A stretch of 64,000 nt of DNA from assembly GCA_051294375.1 (NCBI GenBank), contig CM119265.1, positions 20,244,966-20,308,965 of the forward strand, in the 5' to 3' direction. The first letter of the stretch is position 1. Each line of letters opens with the position of its first letter. The stretch comes from Paraspadella gotoi (Eukaryota > Animalia > Chaetognatha). A program made the position numbers and the translations under genes. Shown in pieces: positions 1 to 39,474 of this stretch. Under the pieces are notes generated by a model that had not been told where the DNA came from, made no database searches, and was given only the letters and a program-made list of their open reading frames with translations.

Positions 1-44
1 GTGCCTGGAATTGGGAAAGTTAATATAACTTTTCAATCTGCCGA

Positions 45-580
45 CAGAAGGCTTCGTATTATAAAATGAGGTCCTGTTTTTTTTTTGTGACCAGAATCCA
101 TTTTGGTGGTAATAAACCGTTTTTGTGGAAGAGTAAACGTATATGCACCTGTTCAAAATTTTTAAAAAATTATGGCCTTTATGGGTGACCCTCTGGGGTA
201 AAATATTATAATTCGTCTTATTAGTTCTATTGTTGTACTGTATCCTTTAGGGATCGAAGTTGCCAAATTTAAACAAATTTGGTCGAGTAGCTTTTCCTGA
301 ACCGATTCTAGTTATAGAAAACCACGTTGTGACTGTTAAATGGGACGAGGTTCTGATCGAGAATGATTTATTCTCCAAGAAATATAAAATCAATTAGTGA
401 AAAAGCTTAGTCAAAAACAGTAAACGAACTGGGTTAACTTTACAAAGGAACCGGCTGACAGCCTTGAAAGAGTCAATGATGACCCTTGGTGACCTTGGTG
501 ACTGATCGCCGATAGGGTGAGAGAGGGAGAGAGAAAGAGAGAGTTCGACCAGAGATCTTGATATAATAAGAAGCCTTCTG
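45..580. mobile_element. MITE-like element with ~19-bp terminal inverted repeats
   Basis: CAGAAGGCTTCGTATTATA (45-63) vs TATAATAAGAAGCCTTCTG (562-580; reverse complement differs by 1 nt). A short relative with the same termini lies at 51480-51589. No ORF; TSD not obvious. Confidence 0.55.
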
Positions 581-682
581 AAGTAATATATTTGGGAATC
601 TTATCTATGAATGATCATTGATCAAGGCTTAAAAATGATTTTAATTTATCCAATATCATCTTCCTGTGGCTCAAAACGCACT

Positions 683-1316
683 TCATTCAGTCTTCGCCTT
701 CGCCTTCGCCTTCGCCTTCGCATCATTCAAACCGTGCCTTCTGATTGAAAATTTACTACTAAATATAAGAGCATAGAATGTACCATTCCATCCACAAAAT
801 GGTTTTGTCCGAAAAAGCCAAGCTCCGTGGCCTGATGTGGTATCGAAGGCCAAGCCAGAACCGTGACGGTTTCTGTTGGCCAAATATCGATATCCTGGTC
901 CTTTTTCTTGAAAGTGATCCATTCCAAAGCCTTGTTTTACCATGCCGACACCAGCTTCCCATGAGGTTCCTTCTTTGTCTTGATTATAAAACCTAAAGTT
1001 CGGAGAAACTAAAGATTACGTATATCCAATGCGGAAATTGGTACATTTTAGCGCCCGTTTACCTTAATGCTTGTTTCACTACGGGCAATTCAAAGTAAGT
1101 TTTCACGTGCTTGTCCCTCTGGGAATTGTAAGGTGGGATGATGGTGCCCCACTTGGGATTGGTGGCCGAGTAGTCGTTGGCTATAGATCGAACCGCCACG
1201 CAATCCAGTATCCATGATTTCTCACCATGCTCCTTTGCGGAGGGAGGCGGAGTTGGAGGAACGCGGTATAATTTGTTAATGTTTCCTTTATTTTTGTACA
1301 AGTTTGGTTCACCCAT
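683..1316 (-). CDS. SPMAP1: C17orf98/SPMAP1-like (DUF4542) sperm/ciliary microtubule-associated protein; 3' end uncertain
   Basis: Exon 1316-1063 (EKSWILDCVAVRSIANDYSATNPKWGTIIPPYNSQRDKHVKTYF), GT-AG intron 1062-993, exon from 992 (FYNQDKEGT..GYRYLANRNRHGSG..GHG..KPFCGWNG). Collinear with the recalled C17orf98 pattern [55 protein letters not shown]. Confidence 0.8.
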
Positions 1317-2784
1317 TTCCTTAAATTAAAAAAGATTCAAACGAGAAAGAAATTTTTTATTGTCATTGAAATAAGTTTCTTTTAGAATAAGTGAAGCTAA
1401 TGCTCTTAACATCCAAGTCGCATACTATTTTTATTTTGTTCATCGTGAAAATTATAAGAAATTAAAGTTTTTTTTTTATTCGTAAGCATTTTCACTTAAA
1501 GTTCTGTTCTTCTTTGCTTATGTCAAGTGGTTTAAAAGATATCATTTTTTAAACTTTAGTATTCTAAAACCAAAAAAAAATTAAGTTTTATAACTTTAAA
1601 ATTATTATTCATCGTATTTTTTAATAATTTTAAAATATTATTTAGGATCTTAATCCAGTTATCCTGCTATCCTTCCGGATATTTAGTATAATTTTTTAAA
1701 AATTTTAATCTAATATAACTATTATTTAGAATTTTGTTTATTACAAACAATGGATTTGTTTTTAATTTAAAAAGAAAAAAATTACACGTTTTGGCTTATT
1801 ATTTTTGCACTGATGGAAGCTATCATACTAGCCAAAGCATTTTTTTTTTCTTTGAAAATAAAAACAAATCCGTTATTTTTAAACAAAATAAAACTTTATT
1901 TAATTCTAATCTAATATAAAAAATAAAAAATATAAGAAAAAAATAATCTTTAATCAAATTTTATCATATTCAGATTTGCGGTAGAGTGAGAAATCATTAC
2001 TCCTAAATGGATGGCTAAACTTTTTATTTTTTAATAAACTTTAATATATTTTAAATTTTTAAAAAAATATAATTATATAGGGTAATTTTTAACAACTGAT
2101 ATAAAGTGACGCGATTTTTTTGCCTATGAATGTATTATTTTTGTTAAAAAATAGACTGCGCCGTATTAAAAATGTTGATTATTGTAAACCTTCCATGATT
2201 GAAGGTCGTAATTCCGAGATCCTGTTTTATGCTAAACTATGGAAACCATTGTCAAGGCTAATCATTTATGAAAATAAAGACATGCGATGCAGAAGAGATG
2301 TTCAGCTGGCAGAAATAGGGGTCAAGGTAATGCAAGAATTTTTATTTTTAACAACTGTAAAACAATGAACGTTGTATTTTTGTGAGTAATTAATAATTGG
2401 TAATGCGTATTAAGAAACAGATGTATTGGTGAAAATGTAATTAGTAATTATAATTGTATATAAAAAATAACTGTTCTGGAACGGGGTGAAGTGAGAATGA
2501 AAGTTTACTCAACTAAAAACTACTTAACAATTAGAAAGCCCATAAAACTGAATGTTTTATATACATTCGTTTAACTCATTTGAAGTAACAAAATTATTTT
2601 TAGTTGTTTTTTTGTTACAATTAGTGTAGAATATTAGAATTCCAATAAGAAATACAATCGTTTTAATGACTATTCAAAAATACACCTTTTGTCAAGAGTT
2701 AAGATATGTATACAATAAACTATACATTGTATACAACACTAAAAAATATACCTCCTATAATTTTTTCAATTAATATTTATCAAG

Positions 2785-5700
2785 CTACAAAGTCGTTTCT
2801 TCTTTGGGGATTCTTCCAGCAAACTGGTTGTCAACCGATGTTTCTTTAAAAAAGTTTAAAAAGTCCTAATTACAATTAACGTAATGTCAATTAATTAGCA
2901 AAGTTGTATTTACTACCTGCATGAGTAATTACTTCAAAGCGAAAAGTGTTTGAATTTTGTGAGCTGAAATATAAGAGAAATTTAAAAAAAAGTACATAAT
3001 TATTAATTTTATTATAGTAATTGAAAACTTTTTAGTAAAATGAAATTACCTCAAGAGACACGGAGGGCTAAATTTGGTTTTCTCATGCTTCTTGCAAGAT
3101 GAAAAATCTCGAGCTCTTCCTCTGATTGTTTGATTGGTTATCAGACATGTGACTGGGTGAAGTATGATGTACATTTTGGCGAAGAGAGCTGCGAAGGATT
3201 AAGCATTAACGTAATTAAGTTTAAATTTCGCTCCGATAGGTGATTGCTTACCTGGTACTAATACAAAAAGAATGGAGTATTTCGGTTTTTGTTTGATTTT
3301 GAAGTCGAAACTTTGTCGTAAAGAAGAATTGGCAAATATTTGAGCGCTGGATTCTTTTCCATCTGCGAAAACGGTGGTTTAATGTCTTGGTTAAAAGCTC
3401 CACCTCGTTTGCAATTCAGACAAGAATTACCGTTTGTCTCATTCCCATCCAGCATTGCCCATAAAGAGTGAATCGCATAAGGAGACCAGCATAAAATGAA
3501 GGAGGCTGAAAATATAAATAGTGGATTAGTGTTTATATTGTTTAACTTTAAAATGTCTTGTCTATATACGTGGAAAAAAATGACTTAATTTCCCAAAACG
3601 CCCCATTCCATCTTAAATTTAGAAATAAATTTTGAAAAAAAAAAATCAAGTATCCAAAAAGTAGATAATTATGCGTATCAATTTAATTATTGAAAAAAGA
3701 AAATTAATATAATTATACTACATAGTATACCACTAAACGGTTAAGTGGTTGTTTGGTGAACGAGTTGTAAAGTTGTTGTTGTTGTTGTTGTTGGGAAGGA
3801 GTCCTTAACCTACCATAGCCTGCCCAAAGTGAGGAGGCAGGAAAGCTTATTTATTTAATATATAAATTGTTTCTTAATCTGCGGGGTTAGTCTGTCAGTC
3901 CGTTTTATTAAAAGACAAGATTGGCGATATTTTTACTACAGTTTGGTGTATTTTGTTTCGTAATGATTTCCATTCAGTTTTATGATATAATTCTGAATTC
4001 ATACCTACAAGGTAAAAACACATTTGAGTAGTTTTGCGTTCAATATTTCTTCTCAGCGCCGAGCCAAGATTTTCGCAATTGTCTCCCCGACTTTCTCGTC
4101 CTCTGACCTGAAACAGACAGTAAGCAATCAACTCATTCGCTCCCAAATCATTTGAATTTAATACTAACGAAGAGATAGATACGAAGATAAAAATAGACGA
4201 GGCCGACCAATGGTATGAAGAAGACGACAACGAAAAGAAAAATGTTATAGGTGACATCTTCGGATTTTCTGGAAGTCCATCTTACCGAGCAGGATATGCT
4301 CGTCTCTAATTCGTAGCCCGACCATCCTAGACAATTGAAAATAAACGTTCGAGCGATGGAAATATTCGTACAGTTGGACAGTTTTGTGTTACATTCAGTT
4401 TCTATGGATGAGTATACTTTTACCATAAATATAGATTATTCAATGCCAAATATTTTGAATTTTTGTACTGTACATTTTAAATAATAAATATGGTTGTTAC
4501 CGACGATCGGGAAAAAGGCGACGACAAATCCCAGAATCCAGATGCCGCAAATGTTGATTCTGATTCCGCTTTTCGAACGCATCATGAACTCTTTGAGACT
4601 TGAAAATCCTTTTTTAAATATGCGTCAGAAAAATTTTTTTTAATTGTATTTTATTTTATTATTAGTATTTTTTTTTATTTTATTGTATTGCTTTAGCGAT
4701 TTACTTAACCCTCAAAAATTGTGCAATTTTTTTATTAGTAGGGTTTCTCGAAAAAATATTTAAAGTCACTTTATGGTTTTAAGCGCTACATTTATCGCGG
4801 TTTGTAAAAACAATGAATTCCCTTATTAATTTTTATGAGCTCAAATATTTTAAAGACTTTACAGACTTACAGAATTTATATTAGCAAAAACTTTATAAAA
4901 TTGATTTTTAACTGGCGGTTAAGCGGTGACCAAAAATGAAAATTCATTATAATTTAAATGAACTTTAGATTTTATTGACAAACGGTTTTTCTGCTCTTAT
5001 TTTTCGAAGAGGTGCCTTTTTTTGATCTACTGAGTCCGTTGGTCATTAAATGAACCTGTGGATTCATCCGATTGCGATAACCTCCTATCGGCAACGATTG
5101 TGTTGTAACGATCCATGGCGATCAGAAGGTGACAATAAATGTCCGTCGTGGAGCAACCGAGGACGAGGAAGGCGTGGGCTGCGCAGGTAGGGTAACCGCC
5201 CCACCATCGACCTGCGAAACAGATTAGCTTTGCTGAGTTACAAAGAAACTGATTCGGAAAGTATTGCGGTTTACCTGTAATGAGAGCCAACACCGTCATT
5301 GGCAAAGCAAATACTCCCACCAGCAAATCCGAGAAAAAAAGCGAACCAAGGTACAGGAAGTGAGGAGAATGAAGCTTCTTACATCCGGGGTATAACAGGA
5401 GTAGGAATGCATTTAGAACAATGGCCATCACGCAGAGGAAGCAAAGAACGATGCCTGTCAAACACGAAAAGCTTCGAAAAGCATGTAAATTATTTTCGTG
5501 TCCACCCTTTAGTTTTATTCCTTTTAAAATATTTGTCTTCTAGTAGCTTGACTAATGTATTCTTGTGAGTAGTAATTTTTGACAATTTTTAACTTTATTC
5601 TAACCTCAAACACCGAGAAAGAGAGACTCAACTTAAAGTCACATACAATGAATTTTATCCAATTCTTTGACAAGAATTGAACATTTTTCTTCTTCTGATT

Positions 5701-5793
5701 ATTGTCATTTACTAAAAAAGACTTACCTATCACCATTTCCGTCGATTTAATCAACTTTCCTTCCAAAATTTCCTCCGTGATATTTGTGTCCAT
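2785..5793 (-). CDS. Opsin (class A GPCR with TM7 Schiff-base lysine), divergent; clade unresolved, ECL2 c-opsin/TMT-like
   Basis: 11 GT-AG exons joined in frame: 5793-5727, 5454-5275, 5211-5056, 4608-4501, 4326-4169, 4107-4005, 3505-3431, 3362-3252, 3188-3050, 2963-2917, 2843-2785. Motifs: N-terminal NIT sequon, TM1 N, TM2 SDLL, TM3 C..DRY, ECL2 GWSGYELETSISCSVRW, TM5 FFIPL, ERKTTQM, TM6 CWSPY, TM7 VPALFAK (K296-equivalent codon 3177-3175). The last two exons are less certain. Confidence 0.88.
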
Positions 5794-6689
5794 TTTTATA
5801 ATAGTTCCGATCTTCTGTGTGGTAAATATTAATTTTTTACTTTTTATTAATGGAAGATAAGTTGTTTTGTAGTTTCGACTTCCTGTCTTAACGAAAGTTA
5901 TATTTTTCTTGGTTATAAATTCGAAACTCTCACGCTGACTCAAAACAAAAGGAAAGGGAATGGAAACCATTTACGGCATCCCAGAACTAAAAAATTACTG
6001 CACCAAATTATTCAGTTTCTGCCAAAATGAATATATAAGGAAACAAGGGCTAATGACTCATTAATGAGATAATCCGAGAAAATGCTCAAGGATCGCATGG
6101 GATTAGGCGACGATGTCAGTCGCAGGAGGTTTCGCTGTCACAGATCAAATGGGCAAAAAGTTAGTTTTCTGGCACAAGTTCGTTTTTTTTTCTCTTTATT
6201 TTTAACGAGGCAAATAATTCTCCATGGTCAATGGTCATGGTCCAGTGCTTTTTTTGCGATTGCAGTCATTGCCCGCGAAAGGTCTGTCAAATCCACTCGT
6301 CCTTATAAAGGCAGGGAAACGGATGTTCAGCCTTAAAAAATATTTATTAAATTAAGTTAATTATTTTATTTGCTGAATTAGAAAACAGGAAAAAAAATAA
6401 TTGTACCTAGCTCATTAATCACTAATCATTAATCATTAATCAATAATCAGGCGCGACAATATGATTTATTCCGGTCCGTCAATATTAGTAGTTTATGTTA
6501 AAGCGAGAAAGAGATTAATTATACAAATTTAAAGGTACATTTTCGATAATCGTAAGCCCATGAGTCTTTACCATTTTCGAAAAAATCAAAATTTCATTTA
6601 TTCGTCCAAAATATAATTAAGCCGAATATCTCGCAATCAAATCGTGAATAGACGAACATCTCGGATCGACAAGAGTTCATATGGCGAAG

Positions 6690-6870
6690 AGTCTTCGGCG
6701 GGGGAAAAAAAGTAACCAACGTGAGCGCGCGCGATTTCTATCGAAAATCGCGTGCCTCCAGTCGGCGGCGCGCGCTCTTCTGGTCATCGACGCGCGTCGA
6801 ATTCTGCGCGAAAACGAAAGCTTTTAAACACAGAGGCACGCGCCTTCGTGCCGGCGAAGTCTCTTAATCT
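6690..6870. promoter_or_regulatory. CpG/GC-rich patch between divergent opsin and TMEM26 genes; candidate promoter
   Basis: Local cluster of GCGCGCG/CGCG motifs in AT-rich DNA, between opsin ATG 5793 (-) and TMEM26 ATG 8768 (+). Positional inference only. Confidence 0.3.
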
Positions 6871-7734
6871 TGGGACTAAAGTAAATTCAATCCATGACCC
6901 GAATGGAATTGGTTTCAGTGTCCAGTGTCCACAGCTTCTGGGCAGATATCGCCGAATTCGATCCAAGTTAAAGTTGGAAAGGTAATCGACTTGAGAGTTG
7001 AGTTTTTCCCCCGGTTGCCATCGATATTTCTCTGATACTTTCGCTGGCTAAATAAAGGATCAATAAAAATCTTGATGCTGCTTCAAACGTGGCATTCACA
7101 GACACGAAGGCCACGACGAAATTGCGAAACCAAAGAGAATGTGTCTCGTGTTCCGCGGAAATGGGAACGACATTAGTCAAACTTGACCTTAAACAGTAAG
7201 AGCAAAACAATCGAGGGTAAGGTTGAAAGTAAGGTCAATGGTTTGACCGAGGTTTCCGTCCACAGTGTCATCCAATGATTAAAGACATAGAAAATGAGGA
7301 GAACCCAAGTGGAAATGGAAAAGGTGGGGAAAAGGAATTGGAAGAGTATCTCGTGGAACCAGTTTCCGAAAGGTGGTAATTTAATTTAATGTAATGTAAT
7401 GTCAAATAAAAACACTCATATACATATAATTTTTGACGATAGGACTAGAATAAATTATCCCTCTCTAAATTTTCAATATCAAATATGAATATTCAACGCC
7501 ACTTTAATGCATCACCAAATACGGTGAGTCTTCACTCTTCTATCTTTACGCAAACAACGGAAGATTCACGTGACTTTCCCTATATTCGTCACCCCGGGGA
7601 GGAAGGATTCATTTTCGTTGTCGTAGTCGTCATCGTCGTCGCCATCTTGCTTGGGTTTTTTTTCCCTCGTCGTCGTAATAACCGTCTTTGCTGGTTTTTC
7701 TCGGATGTTTGCTTATCCCGCGGCGATGTCAACT

Positions 7735-7830
7735 TTTTAAAGCGAACCGTGGAAGATTCTCTTTGGCCCTCTCTCGTCTCTTTCTCTCTCTCTCTTTTTT
7801 TAAGAGCAACCGTGGAAGATTCTCTTTGGC

Positions 7831-7861
<31 letters not shown>

Positions 7862-8225
7862 TTCTCTCTCTCTCTCTCTTTTTTATTAAGCGAACCGTGG
7901 AGAATTCTCTTTGGCTCTCTCTCTCTTCTCTCTTCTCTTTTTTAAAGCGAACCGTGGAAGATTCTCTTTGGCCCTCTCTCTCTCTCTCTCTCTTTTTAAA
8001 GCGAACCGTGGAAGATTCTCTTTGGCCCTCTCTCTCTCTCTCTCTTCTTCTCTTTTTTTTTTTTTTAAAGCGAACCGTAAGAGATTCCTTTGGCCCCTGT
8101 CTCTGCTTCCTCTTCTTCCTTCTTTTTAAAGCGAACCGTGGAAGATTCTCTTTGGCCTCTCTTTCTCTCTCTCTCTCTCTCTCTTTTTAAAGCGAACCGT
8201 GGAAGATTCTCTTTGGCCCTCTCTT
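7735..8225. repeat. Composite tandem repeat: 8 copies of ~35-bp TTTAAAGCGAACCGTGGAAGATTCTCTTTGGCCCT separated by variable (CT)n/T tracts
   Basis: Units start near 7737, 7800, 7886, 7941, 7996, 8064, 8125 and 8186; spacers are pyrimidine microsatellite. Confidence 0.9.
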
Positions 8226-8767
8226 TCTCTCCTTCTCTCGTCTCGATCGTCCGTTCTCTCTCTCTCTCTCCCCCTCTTTTCTCCCCACGTCCATTACCTT
8301 TTAGTTTTACCGTTACCAACTTACTCCACTCTCCGTCTACGATTTGCCGTCGCAGATTTTTTTCCTTCCCTTTTTCCGCCATCTTTTGCTTTTCTCTCTT
8401 GTTTTTGAAAAAAAAAAGAATTGACAATATTTCCAAAGATTTTTTGGTGGATTATTAAATTATAAAAAGTCAAAGTTTTATATATTTATTCTGTTAAAAA
8501 GAAATCCTGTATCTTTATGCAATATGCATAGCTAGTATTATTTTTCATTTTTTCAATATTTTGTCGATTTCTCTAAATTCTGTACATACTTCCAGTATAG
8601 GCTGATTAAATTTTTTCAAAGGAAGATTTCGTCCAATTTTCCAGATCTCTTCCCATTCAGTAATGTTGTCTTTAGATTAAAATTAAAATTTAATTTAATT
8701 TTTAACCATTTCATTTTTCTCTCAAGAATCGGAATTTCTCAATTTTCGTCTCGGTGGTCAACTGGTC

Positions 8768-37523
<28,756 letters not shown>

Positions 37524-38271
37524 CAAGATTTGGTCCTGTCGTGTCGATGACGGGAGACCTTTGGTTGGGAATCTCAATGACAGATTGTCTCGATTGGCTT
37601 AATAACTTAAATTTTTAATTTTATCTAATTTACATACATAATTCCGAAAAAAATTGTAAAACACTAGTGAACTTTTCTTGTGCAGCATATTTATATATTG
37701 ATAATATATTAAAATTTATTTTTTAATAATCATATTTTTCAAATGTTAAAAATTTTTACATACACCTCAATTGATTATTATTAAATTTGTAATTGACTTA
37801 TGAAGCGACGAAAGCTACAGACCTAATGCTGACGGGAAGGTGATGAAAAAAGTCGTGATTGTTCATTCTTTATTAGCTTAACTTAAAAATTATAAATAGT
37901 TCCGTTTAACGGACATGTTGACGGGTGAAAACAGCGACGAGGGTATTTATTAATGATGATTAAATAGATAATAACTTCACATCACATTGGACAGCTTTTA
38001 GTGATTCGTTGTTAAAATCGTTCGTTTAGCGATCGTGCGAGTATAAAAATGATTTTAAATATTAACTGTCACCTCTTAACAGGAGTTGTGGATCGCTACG
38101 TATATACATACATATTACAAAAGCTACTTTAATAGATCACACAATAAAACCAATCTTGAATCACATAAACAATGACTAGTTTTTTTTTTCGGTTCGTCAA
38201 TCAGCGTCAGCGAGAGTCGCAGTTTATTTTGTTTATTTCCCTTTAAATCTTAATCTTGAAGGTTGGCAGCC

Positions 38272-39438
38272 TCAAGTGTTGAGTTGGCAGAGACCCGCCA
38301 CGCCCCGCAGAATCCAGAAAGACTCGGGCTTTGAGGTGGGAATGCGAATTTCCATCACGAAGTTGGAGGAGTGGCCTGTAGTGGCGAGAACACCCTTCCG
38401 CTCAGAGGTCTTGTAGAGCGGACACTCGTAGCTAGGTCGCTCAGGGATGAGGGTTCTCTCGATGGGAATGAGGCGGAACTGAACATGGTTAAGGAGGGGG
38501 GGGTGATGGCGACAAATGATTAGAGGCTGAGACAACATGGAGTTTGAAAAAAGAAAAAAGAGGCGGGGCGAAGCAAAAGTGTCATTGTTTTTCTCCTCGC
38601 AAAATAACTCACGGATTACCGCGCGCAATCTTTCACCTCTCTGACAGGAATTGGCCGTTCTCAGTATAAAAGGTGATAGACAGACGCGGCTCTATTACCC
38701 CTCTCCTTCTCTTCATCCTCTTCCCAGGGATTCGGGGCCGCGTTCACGAGATTCAGTTCACCTTCTCTCTCTTCTCCTACTTGTTTCTCCCCTTTTTTTT
38801 CCCTCATGATTTTGTCGCCGTAGTGACGTCAATATATTATTTTCCCACATTCTCGTGACTTTACTTCCGGTTAGGATACCTTTTCAGAGGTTCTTTATTT
38901 AAGAAATAATAAAAAACCGCAACAAATGACATCGAAATAAAGGATGAAGATTGAAGAATGAACCGCAGACTGGTCGGTTCTCCGACACTTCGGGCGATAA
39001 ATACATTAACGAAAAGGAAAATAGGACAGAAAATTTGCCAGAGATTCTCTTGAAGGGGAGAGTCGATTCAACGTGGAGGGAAGGCGGTCTCCTTACCAGG
39101 GGAAGTTCGTCGAACAAAACTTTAGGGTAAGAATCGGCGATCTCCCTCGTGGGTCTGTCCCATCGAGCCCCGTCCATGTAAAGCCCATAGATGTAGGCCC
39201 CGTCTTCGGGCGGCTTCTTTCGGAATTCGTCGTCTAAAACTTCGTAATCGAATCCCAGCAGATCGATGGGAATGGTGTATTTACCTACAACCAAAAATGT
39301 TTTACTACTTTCTTTTACTTTTTTTTCACATTATCTTTTTTTTTTTAAATTTAGCCGGATCTGCTTACAGCGCTATAATTGAATTATTAATTCACTTTCA
39401 CTGAGATCATGTCAGAATATCAAATAATGATAAAGTAT

Positions 39439-39474
<36 letters not shown>

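Noticed and set aside
7275-7488. Short acidic spliced ORF (MIKDIENEENPSGNGK..)
   Set aside because: About 45 aa with no homology recognised; more likely 5'UTR sequence.
7735-8225. CRISPR-like repeat-spacer appearance
   Set aside because: Spacers are CT microsatellite, not unique sequence; no cas genes; spliceosomal eukaryotic context.
7485-8458. Several ORFs with RTVEDSLW or SLSLSL repeats
   Set aside because: Translations of the tandem repeat in multiple frames.
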